DNA of 64,000 bases from Terriglobia bacterium (GTDB lineage: Bacteria > Acidobacteriota > Terriglobia > Bryobacterales > Bryobacteraceae), in contig CAVXFR010000005.1 of the NCBI GenBank assembly GCA_963761045.1, positions 23,359 to 87,358 on the forward strand, given 5' to 3'. Position numbers and translations under genes: made by a program. This document shows positions 12,457 through 21,485 of the stretch, in pieces (position 1 is the first letter of the stretch; every line of letters starts with the position of its first letter). The notes under the pieces were generated by a model that did not search any database, was not told the origin of the DNA, and worked only from the letters and a program-made list of their open reading frames with translations.

Positions 12457-13068
12457 ATGCCCTTTACACTACCTGCATTGCCCTACGCTCCGGATGCACT
12501 GGAGCCGCATATCGACAAGATGACCATGGAGATTCATCACGGCAAGCACCATAACGCCTATGTGACGAATCTGAACAAGGCGCTGGAATCGGCGCCGGCG
12601 CTGGCGTCCAAGAGCATCGAGGAACTGCTGGCCAACAACTGCGCGATCGTGCCGGAGAACATCCGCACGGCGGTTCGCAATAACGGCGGCGGGCACTGGA
12701 ATCACAGCATGTTCTGGCAGATCATGGGCCCGGGCCAGGGCGGCTCGCCGGTAGGCAATCTGGCGTCGGCGATCAACGCGGCGTTTGGGACGTTTGAAAC
12801 CTTGAAGCAGAAGCTTTCGGCGGCGGGCGCGGGACGGTTCGGCTCGGGCTGGGCGTGGCTGATCAAGACCGGGTCGGGGCTGGAGGTTATGTCGACTCCC
12901 AATCAGGACAATCCGCTGATGGAAGGCAAGCACGCGGTGATCGGCGTGGACGTGTGGGAGCACGCCTACTATCTGAAGTATCAGAATCGCCGGCCGGACT
13001 ATCTCGCCGCGTGGTGGAGCGTGGTGAACTGGCAGGAAGCCGAGAAGCGGTTCAACGCCGGAAAGTAA
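12457..13068 (+). CDS. sodA: Superoxide dismutase, Mn-type
   Basis: [32 protein letters not shown]..., [18 protein letters not shown]. The [11 protein letters not shown] and NQD motifs favour the Mn type over the Fe type. It is the in-frame tail of the artefactual 700-aa ORF 10966-13068. Confidence 0.9.
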   Translation: MPFTLPALPYAPDALEPHIDKMTMEIHHGKHHNAYVTNLNKALESAPALASKSIEELLANNCAIVPENIRTAVRNNGGGHWNHSMFWQIMGPGQGGSPVGNLASAINAAFGTFETLKQKLSAAGAGRFGSGWAWLIKTGSGLEVMSTPNQDNPLMEGKHAVIGVDVWEHAYYLKYQNRRPDYLAAWWSVVNWQEAEKRFNAGK

Positions 13069-13088
13069 GGCTCCTTTTCGCATTGCGA

Positions 13089-13433
13089 TCATCTCGGCAC
13101 GAGGGCGATTCGGGACCAGCCGGCGCCCTTGGCGACGTCGATGACCTCGGCGACTTGAGCGAACGCGAGCTCGTTCGATCCTTTCACGAATGCGACACCC
13201 GCCGTGTACCGCACCTGGAGCCAGCGGAGCCGGTCCGGCAGATCGGCGATATCCAGGTCCGTCTGGTCGATTCGCACTTTGCCGCCACCGAGTACCGTCA
13301 GTACGATGTTCCGCGTCGGCAGCGGACGGCTTTGATCGTCAGATTGCTGAGGCATCTGCACGTCGAGCCCCACCGAATGCTCGGGCAGAATCACCATGAA
13401 GATAATCAGCAGCACCAGCAGCACGTCGATCAT
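13089..13433 (-). CDS. exbD: ExbD/TolR-family biopolymer transport protein (N-terminus displaced to another frame, see findings)
   Basis: MIDVLLVLLIIFMVI... is the ExbD TM signature. The usual preceding AEINVTP is in frame upstream but has no start codon. A start MAMGINEQ lies at 13479 in a different frame. Confidence 0.75.
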   Translation of the reverse strand: MIDVLLVLLIIFMVILPEHSVGLDVQMPQQSDDQSRPLPTRNIVLTVLGGGKVRIDQTDLDIADLPDRLRWLQVRYTAGVAFVKGSNELAFAQVAEVIDVAKGAGWSRIALVPR

Positions 13434-13555
13434 CGGAGTGACGTTAATTTCGGCTTTGTTCGTTGATGCCCATCGCCATGGTCGGAGTGCCCGGCTGATT
13501 GGACAAGAAGCAATCGGAAAAAGTTCCAGCGCGCGCCAGAAGCCGCAGTCCGCCG

Positions 13556-14413
13556 CTAACGCTTCTGATACCAGCCGACGGCATCGAGGGCGCCATGATC
13601 GTCGTAGCGCACTTCGGTTATGCCGGCCAGCCGCATCGAGGGGCGCACTCCGGGCCCAAGAGCCTCCGGCAGCCGGTCATTGGTCAGCAGGAGACCTCCG
13701 GGCTTCAGCATAGCGCCGGCGTTTTCCAGCGCCAGCGTCTGCTCGAAAGCGTCGTAGTAGACAAAGATGTTGGTGCCGACGATCAAGTCGAAATGATCCG
13801 CCGCAGCCAGATTCAGGCGTTGGAGAACGATGTTGAGATCCACCGGCTCACAGGCGAGCACGACGTCCGGACGGATTCGCACCGCCCGCGTCTCCAAGCT
13901 TCGCCCGCCGTTTAAAGGCCGGAAAATCTCTGGCGGCCGGATCGGCTCCACCGCGGTTCCCACCCGGTCGCCCAGGGCACGCCAGTAGGAGATGAGCTCC
14001 GGCGGCCACGGACGCGCGATGTCGCGCGGCAACTGGATGACATAGCCGGTGTTGTTCCGGGCGCGTTGGCGGGCGCGCTGGATGTGGTCGATGACCCTGG
14101 AGCTGATGTCGAAAATCGACAGGGAGACGGCATTGTTTTTCGCAAGGCCGAGCCGGACCAGAGAATCGTACAACGCGAAGGGTTGCAGCGTCTGCTGCGG
14201 ATAGTAATCGTAGCCGGATGCTTCGCTCTTGTCGATAAAGTCGAGTCCCGGACCGATCACGGCCACGCGAGCCACCTGGCCTTCCCGCAGCACGCCGCGT
14301 TTTTTCAGATCGCGCAGGGTCTGCTCGATCGAGAAGTCCGGCAGGATGCTAGTATCGAGCGAAACACCGCGATCGGCGAAGAGCGACGCGCGGTCGAAGC
14401 GGCGGGGGATCAC
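13556..14413 (-). CDS. Rossmann-fold SAM-dependent methyltransferase-like protein (possibly the C-terminal part of a larger protein)
   Basis: 285-aa ORF with GTG start. VAVIGPGLD (motif I-like) and DLIVGTNIFVYYD...MLKPGGLLL resemble CheR/class I methyltransferases. The call is weak. Confidence 0.55.
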   Translation of the reverse strand: MIPRRFDRASLFADRGVSLDTSILPDFSIEQTLRDLKKRGVLREGQVARVAVIGPGLDFIDKSEASGYDYYPQQTLQPFALYDSLVRLGLAKNNAVSLSIFDISSRVIDHIQRARQRARNNTGYVIQLPRDIARPWPPELISYWRALGDRVGTAVEPIRPPEIFRPLNGGRSLETRAVRIRPDVVLACEPVDLNIVLQRLNLAAADHFDLIVGTNIFVYYDAFEQTLALENAGAMLKPGGLLLTNDRLPEALGPGVRPSMRLAGITEVRYDDHGALDAVGWYQKR

Positions 14414-14984
14414 CCGGCTGAGCCGCTTTCGGCTTGGCGCGCGCTGCCAGGGTCTTCCTTTCCTTCAGAACCCGCAGGAGATTCTTATACAGGAACTCGC
14501 CGGTCTGCCGCGGATCGCCGGCAGCCTCCAGGTTTACTCCATGGCTTCGCACCAGGCGCTGGAGAAACTGAAGACGCTGGTTGTCGCCGGGACTGCGCAG
14601 ACCGGCCACCAGGTCGTCCACCCGAGCCCGCAGGACGCCGGACTTGGAAGCTTCAGTGAGGCTCTCCATCCGGATCCGAGGCTGATCGGTGAAGGAGGTC
14701 CCCAGCAGCAGCAGGTTCACCATGGAGTCCAGATCGCCCTGTTCGAGGCGCGCGCGAATGGCTTTGTCCTGGCGCTGGGTCCAGGCGTTCCACTTGGCCT
14801 GGTCGGCGTTTCTCAGCTCGGCGGGCAGCCGGCCGCGCTGCGCGTCGGCCTGGTACGCGTCTCCGTATGCATCCAGGACCGGCTTCACGCTCGCATAGGA
14901 GGTAAAGGCCCGACCGGCCGCGAGCAGGCTCACGGCGGCGGCGAAGATCACCGGAATCGAAGCAATCCGCACGACAGTTCCCAA
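14349..14984 (-). CDS. Membrane-anchored/secreted hypothetical protein (possibly the N-terminal part of the 13556-14413 product)
   Basis: 211-aa ORF with an N-terminal hydrophobic anchor IASIPVIFAAAVSLLAAG. The last 20 aa or so are Arg/Pro-rich junk-like sequence and overlap the next ORF by 65 nt. Confidence 0.5.
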   Translation of the reverse strand: MGTVVRIASIPVIFAAAVSLLAAGRAFTSYASVKPVLDAYGDAYQADAQRGRLPAELRNADQAKWNAWTQRQDKAIRARLEQGDLDSMVNLLLLGTSFTDQPRIRMESLTEASKSGVLRARVDDLVAGLRSPGDNQRLQFLQRLVRSHGVNLEAAGDPRQTGEFLYKNLLRVLKERKTLAARAKPKAAQPGDPPPLRPRVALRRSRCFARY

Positions 14985-14992
14985 TTTCCCAA

Positions 14993-15035
14993 AAGTAAAA
15001 GCCCGCCGTCCAATGAGGACGGCGGGCTTTGGTTT
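14993..15035 (-). terminator. Rho-independent terminator (potentially bidirectional) after the TonB-dependent receptor gene
   Basis: Perfect 11-bp stem GCCCGCCGTCC / GGACGGCGGGC (15001-15011 and 15017-15027) with a 5-nt loop. Flanked by AAAAGTAAAA on one side and TTTGGTTT on the other. It lies 14 nt downstream of the stop at 15049. Confidence 0.8.
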
Positions 15036-15048
15036 GATCCGGCCTAAC

Positions 15049-18000
15049 TTAGAACGTGAAACGGGCGATCAGCGTGCCCGTGCGGCCGGCGAGAGGCGTA
15101 AGCGGAGCGACGGGGGACGGAGCCGTGCCCGGCGCGAGGTAGGCGTTGATCACCCCGAACCCGCCGGTGTAAATCCCGAGCCCGTTCTGCGACGGGTTAT
15201 TCTGCGGATTCGTGGTAATCGGGTTCGGCAAGATCGTCCGGTTAAAGATGTTGACGAATTCACCCCGGATGTAGAAGTCGTAACGCTCCTTGATTTTGAA
15301 GTGGCGGCCGAAGTTGGCGTTCTCCCGGGGCTGGCGCGGGCCGCGGAAGTCGCTGTAAAGCGTACTCTGGGCCGGTCCGACGCTGTTGGTGGGAATCTGG
15401 GCCCAAGCGGCCGGGTTCAGCACGACATCCGTGTAGGGATTGTAGCTGTGGATATTGTTGATGTCGTGCAGGTACAGGGGCTGGCCCGTGCGCACGTCCT
15501 GGCTAGGCAGGAAATTCGCGGTGGTGCTGTTGGGCGGCGTGAGGAACGTGCCGCTTTGGTATGTTGCGAAGAAGCCGATCTCCCAATCCTTGGTGATTTG
15601 GTTCGCGAACTTGGGCAGGATCGAGTACTGCTGTATGGTGTAGGTGGCGTTGAAGGTCAGCGTCTGGGGCGGGATGTTCTGCAACGCCCACGGATTGGCG
15701 TCGGGGTTGAAGAAGTCCTGCCGAGTGGCCCGGGTGAAGCCCTTGGCCCAGGTGTACGCGCCGCTACCCTGGAAACCGTGCGCGAAGCGCTTGGTCACCT
15801 TAACTTGCAAAGAGTCGTACTTGGTGCCGCCGGTTGCGGATCCGCTGGGGTTCAGCGCCCCGAACTGCGGGAACGGGTACAGGGCACTCTGCAACGAGGT
15901 GCCTTTGAAGCCGGGATAGGGCAGAACGTTGCCGACCCTTGCTATGACAGCGCTGCTGGTGACCGGTTGGAGCAAAAGCCTGCGGTCGGCATCGTTGTCA
16001 TATCCCGCAGGACCGGTTCCAGGGTAGGGAAACAAACCATACTTGGCGTATTGGTCCGCGGAGATTTGGCTCAGGAAGCCCAAGGGCCCGCTTTGCCACA
16101 CGGAGCGATTGGCCACGTAGGACGCTTCCACCAGTAAATTCCTGGTGATCTCACGCTGGAGGCCGATGCTCCATTGATTGATGCGCGGCGGCCGGTTTTG
16201 GTTCGCGTCGGCCATGAAGGGAGCGCCGCTCACTGTATTCACTACCGGGTAGCGGTTCGGATCGGTCACGGGCCAGGCGGCCGGCAAGATGGAGCCCGGC
16301 TGATCGACGTTCACGTACGGGTTGATTCCTGCCAGGGGATAGGCACCATTGGTGCTCACAATACCTCCGGCGGCGGCTCCCACGAACTGGTAATTGATTC
16401 CCCAGCCGGCGCGAAGTACGGTTTTGGGGTCGATCTGATAGGCGAGGCCTAGCCGCGGCCCGATTGCATAGGGATAGGTGTTCTGGTAGAACGGGCAGTT
16501 ACAAGTGCTGGCGTAGAGTGTCGCGCCGGGGTGACCGCCGGCATTGGCGTTCGGCGTATTCGGATCGAACTGTCCTTCCCGCCCGTATTGCTCCTTAAGC
16601 GGGGAAGCATAATCCCACCGCAGGCCGTAATCCAGGGTGAGTTTGCGGGTGACCTTCCAGGTGTCTTGAAGAAAGATTCCCCACTGTTGGTTTCCACGGC
16701 GGTAATTCAACTGCGGGGTCTGGGTGGTGGAGCTAAGGGCCCCAAACACCGATGTTCCGTAGTCGCCCAGCAGCCAACTGGCGTATCCGAAGCCTTGGCT
16801 GTAACCATTGAGACTGCCGGTGGGAGTGAAAGGCTGTGAAGTCGCAAACGTGCCAGTGGCCAGCGTAACCCCGGCAAAGCTTCCGTTGTAGACTTGCTCG
16901 AGATACAACTCGGCGCCAGCCTTGAAGGTGTGGTTGCCCCTGATATAGGTCGCGTTGGCGTTGAAGCTGGGCTTTTCCTCGTAGTTGAGGGTCTGGATTT
17001 GAGCAAGGGTCCCGATATTCTGCATGCCTCCGTAAACGGGGTCTGACATCCCGGTCACGGAAGGAAACTGGCGGTGGATCAGGAACCCACTCAGTCCGAG
17101 CGATGCCGGGTCGAAATTCAGAAAAGGCGCATGATCGTCGAACCGGGTGTGATAGTAGCCCGCTCCCAGGTGCAGCAGGATAGTCGGTGTGAGCGTGCGG
17201 TCGTAGTTCAGCCGCATCGTGTAGTTGGGGATGAAGGTGCCGCGGTATTGGCCGATCTGAAGTGGCAGACCGTCCGCGTTCCCCAGGGGAGAGGAGATCT
17301 GGCTCTCGGTGTTGATCCTGGACCAATAGAAGGACAGCTTGTCCCTGGCGGAAAGATTGTGATCGATCTTGAACGACGGGATGGCCGAGTAGCGTGAGCC
17401 TGGGACGTTCGCGCTGTAATTGCCGGTGAGATTCGAGTTTTGCGCCGGCGGCAGGAGCGCTTCCATCTTCAGCGTGGACGGACTGAAGAGGTTGTGAATC
17501 ATGTTGCCCGGAAACACGTTCGCGTACCCCAGGCCGCTGGCCGTAGTGGCCCGCGACGCCGGGTCGTAGATCGCGTTTGCAAACATGTCCCTGCCCAGCG
17601 CGTCCTTGGCGGGCAAGGCCGTTTGCTGAATCCCGTAAGCGGCGCACAGGCTGCACGTTCCATTCGGCGAGATCGCGGAAAAATCGCCGTTCAGATACTC
17701 GGGCATGGGTACGGTGTCCGTAAAGCCGTACTGTGTGGTCTCCAGATACTGCTCATAGTTGAAGAAGAAAAAGGTCTTGTCGTGCCCGTTATAGATCTTG
17801 GGGATGTAGAGGGGCCCGCCCAGGGTGCCGCCGAAATCGTTGCGGCGGTTGCGTGGCCGGTACTTTCCCGGCTCGCCGTCCTTGGTGTGGCTGAACGGAT
17901 TGCCGGCGTTCAGGTCCTCGTTCACGAAGTAGTCGTAGCCGCTGCCGTGATATTGATTGGTGCCGGACTTCATGGTCATGTTGATGACCGCGACGCCCGC

Positions 18001-18736
18001 CTGCCCGAATTCGGCAGCGTAGTTGCTGGTCTGGTAGGCAATTTCCTGAATCGAGTCCGCGCTGGGCTGGCTCATCTGCGTATAGTCGTAATTCCCGAAG
18101 ATGCGGGAGGTGGCGTCCTGGCCTTCCACGCGCATCGTCTCGGTCAGAGGCACGCTAAAACCAGTTGCGCCGCCGAGGCCGTTGAGAGTGAAGGTTTGGC
18201 TGCTGTTATACGAGCTAACGCCCGGAAGCGTCTGCAGCGAGTTGTAGGGATTGCGTACGCCGGTGGTGCCGGAGTTGGCCGTGCCGATTCCCAGGAGGGG
18301 AAGCTCGCTCAATTGGTCCATTTTGATGTTGTGGGTCATGTCGCCGCTTTCGGTCTTCAGCAGCGTAGATCTCGGCGGTGACCGTCACAGACTCCGTGGC
18401 AGCGCCGACCTGCAGCGGGGCGTCTTCGCGCAGAACCTGTGTCGCGCCTATGGGGAGGTTGGTATGAGTGTAAGTCTTGAACCCCTGCGCCTTCACCGTG
18501 AGGTCGTAGGAGCCTACCGGCAGATTCGGGATTGCGTAGTTGCCGGTGTTGGTCGATACCGCGGAATAGACTACTCCCGTGCCCGTATTTTTGGCTTCCA
18601 CGGACGCTCCGGGGACGACTGCCCCGGCTGGATCAGTAACTGTACCCGTAATGGTGCCGTTGCCCACCTGGCCAAAGGCCAGCGATGCAAGCACCAGGAG
18701 TGATGCTAATAATTGAAGAGACCGAACTGCACGCAT
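15049..18736 (-). pseudogene. TonB-dependent receptor with N-terminal carboxypeptidase-regulatory-like domain, apparent +1 frameshift near 18366-18373
   Basis: Start at 18736 follows GGAAGGAG. MRAVRSLQLLASLLVLASLAFGQ signal, then GTITGTVTDPAGAVVPGASVEAKNTGTG...ATESVTVTAE. The conserved continuation (S)TLLKTESGDMTHNIKMDQLSELPLLG... is in the 15049-18339 frame. C-terminal LIARFTF. Confidence 0.85.
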
Positions 18737-18945
18737 GATGATACTCCTTCCCATAAGATTTATAATTTGTAACCCCATCTGCCCTGCCCGAAGAGCCCCC
18801 GTTTCTACATACTCATCGAGATAAGCAAACCATCAAAAGTCTACCCAACTCCCAACGTGAGTGCAACCGGTCGTAACCGTACTGTAACCGGATTGGAACG
18901 GGTGGAGTGACCTGGAAGAAGCTACGGATAGCGCGGATGCTGCAA

Positions 18946-20758
18946 CTACTTTCCGTCCACGGAAAACGCCAGCAGCACGTTGCCGGACATCCCGCCGGAG
19001 GTGGGATATCCCGAATTCACGAACAGCATGCCATCGGCGATGGCCGGGCCGGGGCCGTCCAGCGAGCCGCCGTGTCCCGGCACGCCGTTGACCGTCTCAT
19101 AGGTTCGCGCGGTGTCGAAGTCCCAGACGACTTTGCCGCCGGAGGTCGCGTATGCGCGCAGGTGGCCGTCCACCGATCCTGAAAACGCGACGCCGGGGAT
19201 CGCAGTGACAGCGGCCGATTGCGCGGGACTGCATCGAGGACTGCTCACCACACGGCTTTGGAGCCGTATACCAGACGTTTTCGCCGTTGTCGAGGCGGAG
19301 TGCGAACATGCCGCCGCCCAGCTTGGGATCGGCGTCGGTCAGGGTGCTGTAGGTCAGCATGATGCGCCCGATATCGGACACCGCCACGTACACATTGTTC
19401 TGGTCCGCGGCCGAGCCCCACTGGACACCGCCCGCCGTGCCGCCCTTGCCAACTCGCGTCTGCCACAAAACTTCGCCTTGATTGTCGGGATCGACTGCGT
19501 AGACCACGCCCGACTTCTGGCCCGCGACGAGCGCCCGTTTCCCGTTCGCCAGAGTCACCAGGATTGGCGATGATCCGAAGTCGAAATCCGGACCGTTGGA
19601 TTCGGCGCAGTTGGTCTTGTCGGGCAGCCGGCAGGCAGCCGTGTAGGCGTCTTTCTGCGTCATCTGCCGCGACCAGAGAATCTTGCCGGAGTTCAGATCC
19701 AGTGCGAGGAATGCGTCGCTCATCCGTGTGGTTGGGTCGGTGTAATTGTTGCCGGTGGTGACGTAGACGGCATTTTTCCGGGCGTCGATCACGGGCGTGC
19801 TCCACACGGGAACTCCGGACGGCCCCCACAGCTGCGCGCCGGCCTTGTTCTTGGTCGTTCGCTTAGGCTGGTCGACCAGGTACGTCTTCCAAACCTGTTT
19901 GCCGGTTTGCGCGTCCAGCGCGACGACACTTCCGCGGAAGCGGCAGCACTCGTACAGGGGGTCCGCGCCGGAGCCTTCTTCGCCGCTACGAATGCCGATG
20001 TAGATCCGTCCGTTGTAGAACACCGGAGAGCTGGTGATTCCGGCGACGGGAAACGCGTCGGCCTTGGTCTTCCAGAGCTGCTTGCCGGTGGCCGCATCCA
20101 CGCCATAAACGTTGGCTTTCGCATCGCCGAAGAACGCGAGATTGGATGATCCGGCGCGCGCCAGGGTCACCGCCGTGCGTACTCCCGCTTCCGCGCTGAA
20201 GAACCAGTGGACGCAGCCGGAATTCGCGTCGAGCGAATAGACGTTGCCGCCGGTGCTGCCGACGAACACTCGTCCGCCGGCGATGGTGGGCTGGGAGTTG
20301 GCCTGGATATCGCCGGGGAACGCGAAGGCCCATTTCACCTTGAGCCGGGGAACGTCGTTGGCCGTGAATCCGGGCGCATTCTGGAATCGGCTGTTGTCGG
20401 CGTTGGCTCCCCAACCCGTCCACGTGACCCCTCCTAGAACAAAAGCGCCAGAGGCGCCCGGGCACATCGCCTTGGCAGGAGGGGTCGTCACCAGCGGCTG
20501 CCCGATCGGTTTGCCGCTGATGAATTCGGCGAGGGCGCGGCGCTCCGCCGTGCTCAATCGGATCGCCATACTGATCATGGGACCGGTTTCCATGGCCGCG
20601 AGAACACGATCGGCCGGCATGGACCGGAGCGATTCGCGGCTGGGCGCGCGATCGTTGCCGCCGTTATGGCAGGTCGCGCAATTGCGGTCGTAAAGCGCCG
20701 AACCGTCTTGAGCCGACAGCAATCCCGCCGTTACGATGCACCACAGGGCGACCCTCAT
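18946..20758 (-). pseudogene. Cytochrome c-fused PQQ-type beta-propeller dehydrogenase-like protein, paralog 1, apparent +1 frameshift near 19215-19255
   Basis: MRVALWCIVTAGLLSAQ signal and heme motif CATCH. Collinear with paralog 2, including the vicinal Cys pair (YECCRFRGS). After NVWYTAPKPCGEQ the conserved C-terminus CSPAQSAAVTAIPGVAFSGSVDGHLRAY...LLAFSVDGK is in the ORF 18946-19251 frame. Confidence 0.8.
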
Positions 20759-20759
20759 G

Positions 20760-21449
20760 CTAGTTGATGGCGAAGCAATACAGTTTGCCGGCGCCGCCTG
20801 TCGAGACCAGGTTCTGCTGGCTGCATCCCCGGCTGGGATGCACCGAGTTCCAGGAGGCGTTCCCGCCGCCCATGCGATCGAAGTGGCCGAGCTGGGCCGT
20901 CCCGTCTCCGCTCTTGGTCCAGTTGCCGCAGGTGTGGTCGGCGGCATCGGTGTAGGCGCGCCCGTCCGGCTGCGACCCGGTGAGGATATCGTGCTCGTTC
21001 GGCTGATCACCCATACCGTTGAGAATTTCGCCTTTTTCACTGAGAGCCGAGGTCTTGGTGATCCGGTTGCCCATGCGAGCCAACTCCAGCGTGTCGCCAT
21101 GCAGTTCGGCGACATTGGCCGCGATCTGCTGGCTCTTGGCGTTGTACCACGGACCGGTTCCGATGCGATCGCGGGCATTCACCGCGCCCGCACCCTGCGT
21201 GCTCAAGTAAGCGTGCCACGTGCTGCTGCCGCGCCCCACGGCCGCTGCGAGCATCTGGCAGTGCTGGTCCGCGCCAGCCAGGCCGCCCAGGTCGGCGCCT
21301 TTCCCCGCGCCTACGCTGGTGACGAAGAAGCTCATCGGCGGCGGTGGCCCGCCTTTACCTTTTCCTTTGCCGTCCTTAGCCTGGCCGAAGGCAATGGACG
21401 TTGCCAGCAACAGCGTGGCCGCACCCAAAATGAATCGAGAGTTGCGCAT
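20760..21449 (-). CDS. Small secreted protein, unknown function
   Basis: 229 aa. Signal peptide ILGAATLLLATSIAFGQA and a Gly/Lys/Pro linker. Conserved-looking core FFVTSVGAGKGADLGGLAGADQHCQ...CGNW...LYCFAIN with 4-5 Cys. Only 1 nt separates it from the start of paralog 1. Confidence 0.6.
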   Translation of the reverse strand: MRNSRFILGAATLLLATSIAFGQAKDGKGKGKGGPPPPMSFFVTSVGAGKGADLGGLAGADQHCQMLAAAVGRGSSTWHAYLSTQGAGAVNARDRIGTGPWYNAKSQQIAANVAELHGDTLELARMGNRITKTSALSEKGEILNGMGDQPNEHDILTGSQPDGRAYTDAADHTCGNWTKSGDGTAQLGHFDRMGGGNASWNSVHPSRGCSQQNLVSTGGAGKLYCFAIN

Positions 21450-21485
21450 GGTGTTCTCCTTTTTCTGTTTGTGAAGATGATGGCT

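Noticed and set aside
10966-13068. A 700-aa ORF that looks like a GatA-SodA fusion protein
   Set aside because: After residue 330 or so the translation is Arg/Gly/Ala-rich nonsense until it coincidentally enters the sodA frame. The real GatA C-terminus is in the +1 frame (to 12397). sodA has its own ATG at 12457. The long ORF is a stop-codon-poor read-through typical of high-GC DNA.
19097-21178. A 693-aa ORF suggesting that PQQ paralog 1 has a 140-aa N-terminal extension overlapping the neighbouring gene
   Set aside because: The first 140 residues are Pro/Arg/Ser/Thr-rich low-complexity sequence on the opposite frame of the well-supported 229-aa gene. A proper signal peptide and the heme motif start at Met-20758.
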